The notes under the pieces were generated by a model. That model saw only the letters and a list, made by a program, of their open reading frames with translations. It was not told the origin of the DNA and ran no database searches. From Epithemia pelagica (taxonomy: Eukaryota > Protista > Bacillariophyta), in contig OX337239.1 in NCBI GenBank assembly GCA_946965045.2, forward strand, positions 2,108,001 through 2,172,000: a DNA stretch of 64,000 nt. Reading direction: 5' to 3'. Positions 34,110 through 44,400 of this stretch are shown here, piece after piece. Position 1 is the stretch's first letter. The number at the start of each line of letters is the position of its first letter. The position numbers and the translations under genes were made by a program.

Positions 34110-35057
34110 ATGACGACAGTTCGAACCAAGTATTCATCATGGCTCGTTCTTGCCCCTGTCATCGTTTGGTTGTCTTGGAGTAGTCTATCAGAGGCCTTCT
34201 CAATATCTCATTTCCGCAGGCATGACTCATTCTCTGCTTCTTCTCACGGCTCGTCTTCCGTATGCCACTGTCGTGAGGACTGCGAGGACGTGGTGTCTCG
34301 TCGATCGGCGGTCGTCCGTGGGGTGTTTTCCATTCTATCTACAGTAGTTGGAGTATCATCTGCTTCATTTCCTTCAAAAGCTTTGTCGGAAGAATCCATT
34401 CTTGCATCCAACAATGTGCCTGAACCAACCAACAAGGCATTAAGAACCCGTTTGTTGGACCTGATTGCTTCCGGCAAGGTCGACGATGAACAAGTCGTCC
34501 AAACAATCGAACAACTGGTTTTGGTGGATCCATCCAAAGGTCGTGGTGCGACATTATCATCTGATTTGGAAGGAGAATGGAAACTGCTATGGTCCATCAA
34601 GGCGGATGCATTCTCGCCCTTGCTCCAATTGCCGAACCCCTTCAAGCCCGAGTCTTATCAGTATCTCGGACAAGCGGCGGCCACCGAAGTGGGAGTCGAC
34701 CGAGTCGCTCAAGGATTGACGGGAGGGCTTCTCTTGGGAAACAACCAACTCTGGTTGTCCAGCGGAGTCTTGCCTTCGGAAACGGATCCTTCCATTTTGG
34801 AAATTTATCCACCCTTTCGCTTCCAACTCGGTGGACGATTTGGTTCGAACCAGGTCAAACGAACCCTGGTTGAAGCGGGGAGTGATGCCGAATTCCGAAA
34901 AGTCAATGGTCGAACAGTAGAGGCACAAGCGGCTCCGAAAAACTTGTACAAACAACTCTATCTGGAACAAGATGGCTCTGGCTCATTGCGCATTTCCACA
35001 ATCACCGGTGGAGACCCGGTGATTGTGGGTGCCATGTTCGTCCACCAAAAGGTATAA
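34110..35057 (+). CDS. Plastid-targeted PAP/fibrillin-like protein
   Basis: Signal peptide ending SEA|F; SRRSAV plus a hydrophobic segment; fibrillin-like RLLDLI...IEQLV...LEGEWKLLWS. Confidence 0.65.
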   Translation: MTTVRTKYSSWLVLAPVIVWLSWSSLSEAFSISHFRRHDSFSASSHGSSSVCHCREDCEDVVSRRSAVVRGVFSILSTVVGVSSASFPSKALSEESILASNNVPEPTNKALRTRLLDLIASGKVDDEQVVQTIEQLVLVDPSKGRGATLSSDLEGEWKLLWSIKADAFSPLLQLPNPFKPESYQYLGQAAATEVGVDRVAQGLTGGLLLGNNQLWLSSGVLPSETDPSILEIYPPFRFQLGGRFGSNQVKRTLVEAGSDAEFRKVNGRTVEAQAAPKNLYKQLYLEQDGSGSLRISTITGGDPVIVGAMFVHQKV

Positions 35058-35527
35058 CCCGCAAGGGCTGACAAAGGAACGTGTCAAGATGCACGCTGGA
35101 CGTCTTGTTTACAGCATCGCGTAATCTACTATTACGTTGTTCGGTGATAGAACAAGGCTAGGTTCGGTGATAGAACAAGGCTACGCTCAAGTTCGTAGTG
35201 CCACGACATTTATTTTTAACTTAGACAACTCACGACCCGTGTCTCCTGCGTCATGGAGTCGTCAACTTGATCACGCGCTTTGCATGAGAAGTCCATTTGG
35301 TCCACTTCGAAAAGTGATGATTCTCGTTCGAGGTACAGAGTTAACCACACTGACACACAAATAGGTTCCAACTCTTCCAAAGCCCATGATCCGCATGCCA
35401 CAGTCGACATGCTTGAACAGTGTTTCATGACACAAATGATATCATCAAACAGGATTGTTGGTTCACCACCAAGAAACATGTGAGCATCGCAGGATTTGCA
35501 ATACTGTATGGACGGTTGAGGAACCAA

Positions 35528-37210
35528 TCATGCAATCACTGCATGGTTGGCTTTCCCATTCTTGTCTCGACGTGAGACACGTGTAGCGAGTTGTCCGCAG
35601 GCTGCGGATTCGTCGTCTCCTCGAGTGGTTCGAATACGACACCGCACATTGTGCTGCCACAAGTAATTTTGAAATGCTCGAACTTTGGCGGGCATTGGAG
35701 CCCGGTAGGACCGAGAGTTTGTGGGGCTGACAACAGCACTGAGTTCGTCCTCGCTGTATACATTGTTGTACGGAATCAAGTTCACCACCAATTTACAGTC
35801 TGGAACTGCATCGATAATGGCCTCACTTAGTTCGACCAAAGCTGCTGCGTCCTGGTCGAGCGAATCGTTCACTTGATCAATCACAGCAACCTCCAGCATG
35901 ACCGATCGAAAAATGGAATGCGGGGGACGCATCAAAAGGGCCTCAATCAATCCTTCTCGCAACTCTTTCATGCTATACTTGGTCGTTGGCACCAACGCCC
36001 GGCGCAATTCATCGCGTGCCGCATGAACACTCCATGCCAACACACAGGATGCTTTGCCCAATTCCACAAACGATCGGGGTGTGGGTGCAACGGTCGAAAC
36101 GGTTACTCGGGAGGCCGAAAATTGAAAGAGCTCTCGCGTCGTCAAAATTTCCACGGCCCGTTTTACCTGCGGAACATTGTCGGCGGGTTCGCCCATTCCC
36201 ATAAAGACAACATTGGTAATAGGTGGTAACCGTTGGTGAGATTGGTCTTCATCATCGTTACTACTATACCAGCGGACGATCTTGCGGGCCCAAAACATTT
36301 GTGCCAAAATTTCATCCGAAGACAAGGATCTTTGGATGCCCATCTTGCCGGTAGCACAAAATCGACAGGCCTGTCGACAACCCACTTGGGAGCTTATACA
36401 AAGGGTCGAGCGAGTACCATTCCAGGGAATTATGACTGTTTCCACTTGAAGGTCATCGGCAAGCTGCAACAAGAGCTTGGTTGTTCCGTCCCTTGATTGG
36501 GACACGTGTGAGAGCCTCGTCAAGCCTCCTTCGACGCAGCAAAATGTATGTTGGTCCTTGTCGGAAGATACGGTCGCGGCCTGGTTGGGAAACAATCGTG
36601 ACAAGTTTTCCAGTGCTCCTGGTCCCAGTTTCTGAGTTCGTCGACAAGAGGGGAGCAGTCGGGAGACTGCTTCATAGTCATCCTTGTCTTTGCCAATCAT
36701 GAGACTACTGGTCGAATTTCCATGCAACAACGCTGGATCGACACCGATTGAGTAACAATCCCAAACCAACTGGGCTCTTCCTCGTCGACCACCCAGTTTG
36801 GAGGTTAATTCGTCCAATGTCATGGCAAGAGGGCCATAGGGTTGCTTCACGTGGTGACAAGGATAATTGCCTTGTTCGGCTATTTCTTGTTGCTCTCTTG
36901 TATCTCTTACTGTGTCTTGGTTAGGATTCTTGATCCGCAACGTGTCATTTCCCGTAAGAGCCGAAACTGATAGGTCCGTCGGCGAGCGAATGCTTCTCAT
37001 GGATAGGGAGCCACAAGCGTCTTGTTGTGGATGTATTCGTCGAGTATACGGATATGCCATCCATGGACGACGACACCCATGAGAAGGAGTATCACGAGGT
37101 CGTGAATCGAACACGGGTTGAAACGCCGCTACAATCCACAAGCATGACAATGTCAATACTATGCTCCCAAAACGCCATCCTGTCATAATGTCCAACAAAT
37201 AATACCTCAT
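35528..37210 (-). CDS. rlmN: Plastid-targeted RlmN-type radical SAM RNA methyltransferase
   Basis: [19 protein letters not shown] (CxxxCxxC), [29 protein letters not shown]; presequence MRYYLL...IVAA|F from the ATG at 37210. Confidence 0.92.
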   Translation of the reverse strand: MRYYLLDIMTGWRFGSIVLTLSCLWIVAAFQPVFDSRPRDTPSHGCRRPWMAYPYTRRIHPQQDACGSLSMRSIRSPTDLSVSALTGNDTLRIKNPNQDTVRDTREQQEIAEQGNYPCHHVKQPYGPLAMTLDELTSKLGGRRGRAQLVWDCYSIGVDPALLHGNSTSSLMIGKDKDDYEAVSRLLPSCRRTQKLGPGALENLSRLFPNQAATVSSDKDQHTFCCVEGGLTRLSHVSQSRDGTTKLLLQLADDLQVETVIIPWNGTRSTLCISSQVGCRQACRFCATGKMGIQRSLSSDEILAQMFWARKIVRWYSSNDDEDQSHQRLPPITNVVFMGMGEPADNVPQVKRAVEILTTRELFQFSASRVTVSTVAPTPRSFVELGKASCVLAWSVHAARDELRRALVPTTKYSMKELREGLIEALLMRPPHSIFRSVMLEVAVIDQVNDSLDQDAAALVELSEAIIDAVPDCKLVVNLIPYNNVYSEDELSAVVSPTNSRSYRAPMPAKVRAFQNYLWQHNVRCRIRTTRGDDESAACGQLATRVSRRDKNGKANHAVIA

Positions 37211-37526
37211 GTTGATGGAGGATTGGGTATCCCCAGTATCCAGCAATAGAAGATTAGTCTGTCGTGATTGGTCGCTGTGATTTGTGGACGCGGCGACGGT
37301 CGACTGCGCTCTGCGCTCCCACCCATCACCCATCACCCAACCACAGTTCCGGAGGCCATCCAGTCGCTGTTGCGAAGGTTGCGAGAGGTGACCCAACCAC
37401 GACCCTTCTCACAAGAAAAAATGGATCCCAATCGAGACGGTCCGTACGTCATCCGCAAGCACGAGGTTTATCCAGCAACGCGCACCTTGGCACGAAGTAT
37501 TCGAGCACAATCGACGACCAGCAACC

Positions 37527-38750
37527 ATGAACGCTAATGCGCTGTTTCGTGAAGACAACGAAGAATACGCTCGCCTATTACAGGCTCGCATTGACTTCAT
37601 GAACAGCTTGCCCCCAGCCGAAAGGCAGGCTCGGAACAACGGAGAGTTTTTCGCTTTCATGCATGAGGTTTGGGATTTGGAACAAGTTTCCATCGCCGAC
37701 AATACTCGAAACCTCGTCTACTTTAAGTCTATTGAGCGAAACCATGAGCAGGGCATTCGCTTATATGCCCAAGCAACGTCCGAAGAAAATCTGTCTCATC
37801 CCATGAGTCTATCTGAAAGTTCAAGTGTAACCAACACAGACCAGAGAAATCCAGTGCGCTTTGATATGTTCCAGAATGATACAAGTGAGAGAGCGCACCT
37901 GGGTTTCTCGGATGCCTCTGAGTGTCACGAGGCGTACGGTTATCTTGCTCAAGCCGCTACTGGGAAACGGGTCGACACTCCGCAGCTGCGACTGAAACTC
38001 TTGAACGGTGTAAAAAAATCAGGGAAATCAAGGCGTTCCAACGGCACCGGACTAAAGCATCATAAGTTCAACAAAATGTATCTTGAGCGACAAGGAGACT
38101 ACTTTGACCGCGAGATGGTATTGATCACGATTCCTATTTATGGACTGGACCAAGTATTAAACTGGAATGGGACCGATGCATATAACGTTCTGGCTATCAC
38201 TGTTGGGGGTGTGCTTGGAAAAAGCTGTGCCAAAAAAGTCCTGGAAGCTGCCCCCTCCCTATGCGACGAAGGAGACATACAGATGGCCACCGAGCTGTTG
38301 AGGGTGTTTTGCCTGGGGATTGCCAGCTCGGTGCGCCATCATTCGGTTGGGGAGTCTTTTGCCACTGACCAGCTGGATTTTCATTTGCCTCCCATGACGA
38401 ATTTGAAGAAATGGTGGAAACTAAAGAAGGAATTCCTAGAGGGTGAACGTGCATCGATTCAAGTACCGAGGCTCAAGGATGATCTCAACTGGGGCGACGT
38501 AAAGGTTGCACGCGCAAGAGCATCAACAGAAAACAGCTTGCCCGATCCATATAGCATGGCTGTCAAGGCTGCGGTCAACTTCTCTGCCATCCTCGGCGCA
38601 AAGTTGATGCCGGCCTGTCCAGAACACAGCTCGTCCGACACAGATGGAGAAATGAATTCTACACAAGACGAGGAAGATAATCAGTGGCCCCAAACTCCAC
38701 GACATCTTGACCTATCATCGCTTTTGAAACCCGCGCAGTCTGCTGTTTAA
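37527..38750 (+). CDS. HNH_2-like (Crinkler-type HNH) endonuclease-domain protein, possibly 5'-truncated
   Basis: RAHL...CHEAY...TGLKHHKFNKMYLERQGDYFD resembles the AH(L/I)...N-x-L-x-L...H/Q-x-x-FD pattern of HNH_2. The frame is open from 37392, i.e. up to the duplication junction. Confidence 0.5.
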   Translation: MNANALFREDNEEYARLLQARIDFMNSLPPAERQARNNGEFFAFMHEVWDLEQVSIADNTRNLVYFKSIERNHEQGIRLYAQATSEENLSHPMSLSESSSVTNTDQRNPVRFDMFQNDTSERAHLGFSDASECHEAYGYLAQAATGKRVDTPQLRLKLLNGVKKSGKSRRSNGTGLKHHKFNKMYLERQGDYFDREMVLITIPIYGLDQVLNWNGTDAYNVLAITVGGVLGKSCAKKVLEAAPSLCDEGDIQMATELLRVFCLGIASSVRHHSVGESFATDQLDFHLPPMTNLKKWWKLKKEFLEGERASIQVPRLKDDLNWGDVKVARARASTENSLPDPYSMAVKAAVNFSAILGAKLMPACPEHSSSDTDGEMNSTQDEEDNQWPQTPRHLDLSSLLKPAQSAV

Positions 38751-38779
38751 AACGTAAGGCTTCCAGCCCAAAATTGTGA

Positions 38780-39480
38780 GTCACTAGAGATTCTGATAAA
38801 ACCATGCTTCCGGCGGGTGTCCTACGTTGTGGACATGGATGACTTGGATTGTATTTAGGCGACGAGTGTCGTGATAAAGGCATCGCCGGGCTGTTGGTGC
38901 GACAGGTACTGCAGCTTGCGAAGTTACAATGTGCATCGTGCTTCGTCGTGTCACACAAAGACCAGTGTGTATTATATGGAAAAGCACAGTTTCTTCTTCC
39001 GAATCTCAATACACCATTGAACGTCTTTCCTGACACTCATTTGCGCAAGCGAAAGTTGCCAGACGATGACGACGACAGCGGTGACGAAGCTGACGCCAAG
39101 TCCAGTGTGGAAGAGTACGGGTTGTCCGACAGTGACAGCAGTGATTCTTCGTTGAAAGCTATGGCTCTGTGGAAAATACATCTGCTTCATTTCAAGAAGC
39201 TCTAGCGCTGCTTAGAAGCAAGGAGCAAACTCAGACCATGAAGGTCTGCTTGAGTTCTTTGGCGGCTTTGATTCGAAACGCAGTTGTAGCCGATAACACG
39301 GAGAACCTAGAAAGTGTACATTCCGCATCAAGAAGCTGGAGGTCTACAAATGAGTGTTTACCGAGGGAGGAGATGTGGCCATGCAGCTTCTACAAGCTTG
39401 TGGATTTCAATCGGAAGTGAACAGTTCCCTCAACGGAGACCATTTTTGTACGAAATCCCTCGGCGGGGCGCGCCACATGT
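38780..39480 (+). pseudogene. Decayed fragments of a GNAT acetyltransferase and a PUB-like domain
   Basis: LYLGDECRDKGIAGLLVRQVLQLAK...LYGKAQF (GNAT motif A/B). CLSSLAALIRNAVV...VFTEGGDVAMQLLQACGF (PUB-like) is split by frameshifts and stops. Confidence 0.4.
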
Positions 39481-39877
39481 GCCGGCAGCTTGTTGCTGCC
39501 CACAGCATTTCATTGCCTGGAGCTGTTCCGGGACGCAAACTGGTACGGTCAAGAAACGTTTTTGAAACACCATTGGCTGTCAGGTAGTTGGCGATTGGTG
39601 AAGCCTAACCATCCTTGTCAACGCCGGTATTGGAAACAAACACCTGGACCTTGTCATTGCGGTCGGAAAACTTTTTGCTGAGATGCAGTTGGAGGGCTGG
39701 TACGAGCTTACGATAAAGTCTGGCAATCATAATTACCCATGAAATATCATCGTCGGATGGTCGGTAGCTGTGAAGAACTTCAAGTTTGGCAAGAAGAGCA
39801 AGCTAACGGAGTAGCTTCACTTCCGCAGACAGCAATCGCTCACTGTAAGCAGTAAATTCGGAGGATGGTGGTGGTTC

Positions 39878-41314
39878 AATGCGGGGGACGCATCAAAAGG
39901 GCCTCAATCAATCCTTCTCGCAACTCTTTCATGCTATACTTGGTCGTTGGCACCAACGCCCGGCGCAATTCATCGCGTGCCGCATGAACACTCCATGCCA
40001 ACACACAGGATGCTTTGCCCGATTCCACAAACGATCGGGGTGTGGGTGCATCGGGAGGCCGAAAACTGAAAGAGTTCTCGCGTCGTCAAAATTTCCACGG
40101 CCCGTTTTACCTGCGGAACATTGTCGGCGGGTTCGCCCATTCCCATAAAGACAACATTGGTAATAGGTGGTAACCGTTGGTGAGATTGGTCTTCATCATC
40201 GTTACTACTATACCAGCGGACGATCTTGCGGGCCCAAAACATTTGTGCCAAAATTTCATCCGAGGACAAGGATCGTTGGATGCCCATCTTGCCGGTAGCA
40301 CAAAATCGACAGGCCTGTCGACAACCCACTTGGGAGCTTATACAAAGGGTCGAGCGAGTACCATTCCAGGGAATTATGACTGTTTCCACTTGAAGGTCAT
40401 CGGCAAGCTGCAACAAGAGCTTGGTTGTTCCGTCCCTTGATTGGGACACGTGTGAGAGCCTCGTCAAGCCTCCTTCGACGCAGCAAAATGTATGTTGGTC
40501 CTTGTCGGAAGATACGGTCGCGGCCTGGTTGGGAAACAATCGTGACAAGTTTTCCAGTGCTCCTGGTCCCAGTTTCTGAGTTCGTCGACAAGAGGGGAGC
40601 AGTCGGGAGACTGCTTCATAATCATCCTTGTCTTTGCCAATCAGGAGACTACTGGTCGAATTTCCATGCAACAACGCTGGATCGACACCGATTGAGTAAC
40701 AATCCCAAACCAATTGGGCTCTTCCTCGTCGACCACCCAGTTTGGAGGTTAATTCGTCCAATGTCATGGCAAGAGGGCCATATGGTTGCTTCACGTGGTG
40801 ACAAGGATGATTGCCTTGTTCGGCTATGTCTTGTTGCTCTCTTGTATCTTCGTTAGGATTCTTGATCAGCAACGTGTCATTGCCCTTGAGAGCCGAAACT
40901 GATAGGTCCGTCGGCGAGCGAATGCTTCTCATGGATAGTGAGCCACGAGCGTCTTGTTGATGCTGTATTCGTCGTGTATAGGCCATCCATGGACGACGAC
41001 GCTCATGAAACGAGTATCACGAGGTCGTGAATCTAACACGGGTTGAAACGCCGCTACAATCCACAAGCATGACGACGTCAATACTATGCTCCAAAAACAC
41101 CATCCTGTCATAGTGTCCAACAAATAATACCTCATGTTGGTGGAGGTGAGAGGATTGGGTATCCTGCATCCTGCAATGGAAGATTTGTTTGTGATGGGTG
41201 GACGCGGCGACGGTCGACTGCGCTCCCACCCATCACCCAACCACAGTTCCGGAGGCTATCCAGTCGCTGTTGCGAAGGTTGCGAGGGGTGACCCAACCAC
41301 GACCCTTCTCACAA
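39878..41314 (-). pseudogene. rlmN: Truncated, frameshifted duplicate of RlmN with its upstream region
   Basis: Aligns to 35917-37414. It has a 1-bp deletion near 41005, a ~12-bp deletion near 40850 and a 17-bp deletion near 40050, and lacks the last ~130 codons including the CGQL cysteine. Confidence 0.9.
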
Positions 41315-41415
41315 AAAAAAAAGGAACGAAAGACACGCGACCCACACTGCACTCTCGATCCATAAAGGGACAGTGGACAGTGGACGGTTCACCATGAAGC
41401 AACATCGAACCCAGC

Positions 41416-44400
41416 ATGGAAAGAGAAATGGTATTGGCAATGTCCGTCATTCACGGATGGTTGGAGTTGATCCAACAATATCGACTAGGAGGACAAGAAG
41501 ATAATACATCTTGGAACAATGGCGATCATAATCTCCATAATACCCCCAAAGATGAGCGGGTGGTGTTGCAGATCCTGCAAGAAATGGCCCGACTCGCTCA
41601 GTCATTGCGACAAGAGCTGCGTCATTTCTTGCCTTCTATTGGGAGATTGCTTTCGGAAGAGAACATCAAGTCTAGATCGTCAACAGCCAATGTTTCGCTT
41701 TTGCGACTTGTGGAGTCGTGCTCATTGCCCGCCCGAGTTAGTTTGCGATTGATGACAGAGTCGTGTTCCGACTCTTTCCGTGGATTGCAATCCTGTTGGA
41801 ACGTTCCTAACTCTTTCGTGAACGGAGAAGAGGCGCCCTCGATTGTTTCAATTCCAACAATACAAGCAGCTCAACTCACGGTGCTTCAAGAATCGGTTTT
41901 GACCGTATCACTCATTCACGAACTTGTGGTGGTCGACGAGTTGGGTCAAGTTTCACCATCAACAATACGACAGAGCTCGGATTACAAGAACAATATTCGA
42001 CATGAGTGTACACTTCTCTTTCTCGAAGCAATTGCTGGTGCCTTACCAACAGGGCCCGACTTGTGGGCGCTCAAGCGGCCACAACCATCATCATCACCTT
42101 TGTCGACTGGTTTGCAATCGTCCATGTTCGTGTCTTGTATGCAAATCATGACTCAAGCGCTAGACGATTTGGTACGCCGAATCAATGGTCCCGATGATCC
42201 TTGTAACATGATCATGTCCCATGTTGTCTCCCTCTTGGATGGAGCCATACTGATACGAGTCGTTGATCATGGAACGGCACTCCTTGCTTCTCCCAGTGGT
42301 CCTGGTGATGGTTTCCCGTCGACGGCCAGCCAAGAGCAACACAGCGCAAAAGGGAAGAACGCCTTGTCGGATCCAATTGGAGTCCCAAACAGTGGATTCA
42401 ACTCGTTGGGAGGAGGAGTTTCCGACATGATTGGTAGTCGTCAACAATCGTTGTGGTGGAACGATCCGACTTTGATCTTGACCGCATTGAACACACTCCA
42501 AACATGGTTGCAAGCTTCGTGGTGTGTCATTTCTACCAATCATACTTCTCAGCCTCCTGAACAATCCACTTTCCGGACTTCAACGACAACGTCTCAGAAA
42601 CACACCATGATGTTCTCGTCCGGTACAAGCATCCCGGTCGAGGCGAGAAACCAAGTGGAATGCTGGAGAAAGGTATTCCCCGCCACCTTTGGTGCCTTAT
42701 ATCAAAAGCTGGTGCTTATCAATCGTCCTCGAGTTCGTCCTGATTCATGTGCATTGTCGTTCCACCAGCCGCAAGCAAAGTCCCTGACTCGAGCCATTTT
42801 GGCTGTCATGACTTGGTTGTTGCGTGTCACAGTGTACCCTTTATCCATCGAACAAAACACAGTCCCAGAAAACGAGGAATCACGGGACCAATCGCCAAGA
42901 ACAATGAACCAGCCTTGTGACATGGAGAACGGATCAGGCAAAGAATCGATTTCTCGCCATGCATCGAAAGATGCGCTCCATCAAATCCAAAAGTTGGCCA
43001 CGCAGAGCAATGTCAACGCATCCATGGAAACAAAGAATGTCGACCATGATCGGGAGATTCACGTTCGTTTTCAGCATCATGTGGAAGAAACCTTGCCACG
43101 ACCGCTCCAGCATGTGATACAAATCCTCATGTCCAGCCCGGATAGTGTGACACAGGGGTCTCCCACGCTATGGACGGATTTTTTGCAGCTTCTATTGACA
43201 TTGCCGTGTTGGCCGTCCACAAATGAACTTGTGGAAAACATGCATCTGGCAGCCTTGGAGGCGTGGATAGTACTTGCAAAACGCCATGACCATAAACTTC
43301 CAGAAGAGCAACAGAAAACAAAGGAACACCCGTGGTTGTTACTGCGAAATATTGTGAATCCATCCTCTCAGTCTCAGCGCCTGACGATGGCACATCTATT
43401 TCCACGTCGACTGCAACTTCATGTGGAACAATTGATTCCATTGAGTTTGGGCCATCGTACCGAGGAATTGGTTCAAGTTTTAGACTTGGTGAAGGGGTAT
43501 TTATCCCTGATAACGCCACAATCTCCGGTCCAGCGAGAAATTCGGATATCGCTTCTCTTGTTGGGGTCCAAGACTCGTACAACACGGGATACACAGAAGG
43601 GACCATCGTCTGGATCCATCATTCAGACACTTCGTCACTTGCTTGAGGTCGATTTTGTGAGATGGCCTAACTTTCAAGCACTCAGAGGAACATGCGTTGA
43701 TCTCACAGAAAAGCAAACTGGTCGCAAATCATTTGAAGCATCACCCCTTTCGAGTTCTTGGTTGGCATTGGACTCTTGTTTGCGGTTGCAGGAAGAAGAC
43801 GTGCAAGATGCGCAGCCATGTCCCTGGAAGTACCTGTCTACAGAACGAGCGGAAACTGCAATAAGAGAGATGATTCAGGCGTTGGTTAAGCATGTATTGG
43901 GAATCGAGGGCGTCTGTCAGTTGATTGACGAAAGTGTGGCGGATTTGTTTCACACGATTAATACTGCATCACCATCACTGTATCATGAACGACAACACCA
44001 AGAGGATGAGTCCGACAGCAAGTTTGGAGCAGAGGCCTCGTTGTCTAGGCTCTCTGGACTCATCTCATCTCTGATTTTGATGAAACAACTAGTCGAGGCC
44101 ATGGCCTCGATGTTATCAGAGAAAATGACGACGAAAGCGAACAACAAGGAAATCAACCAGCATCGCGAACATATTCGGAAAGCGCTTTTTACCATGGCCA
44201 AGTCAGTTCTCCCTATTCTCACTACGTCTCCTCTAATTGATTTGCCAATATGCCTGCCATCGACTAGGACAACTGGTGGTCGGAGGAGACTCAGGACTTC
44301 GCTCTTCAAGGGACTCTGCTGTTTTAAGTTCCATGTCCTCGACTTGATTTGCACGATAGTAGGGTCCGTATCGGGGACCCATTGGAACGACAAAAACGAT

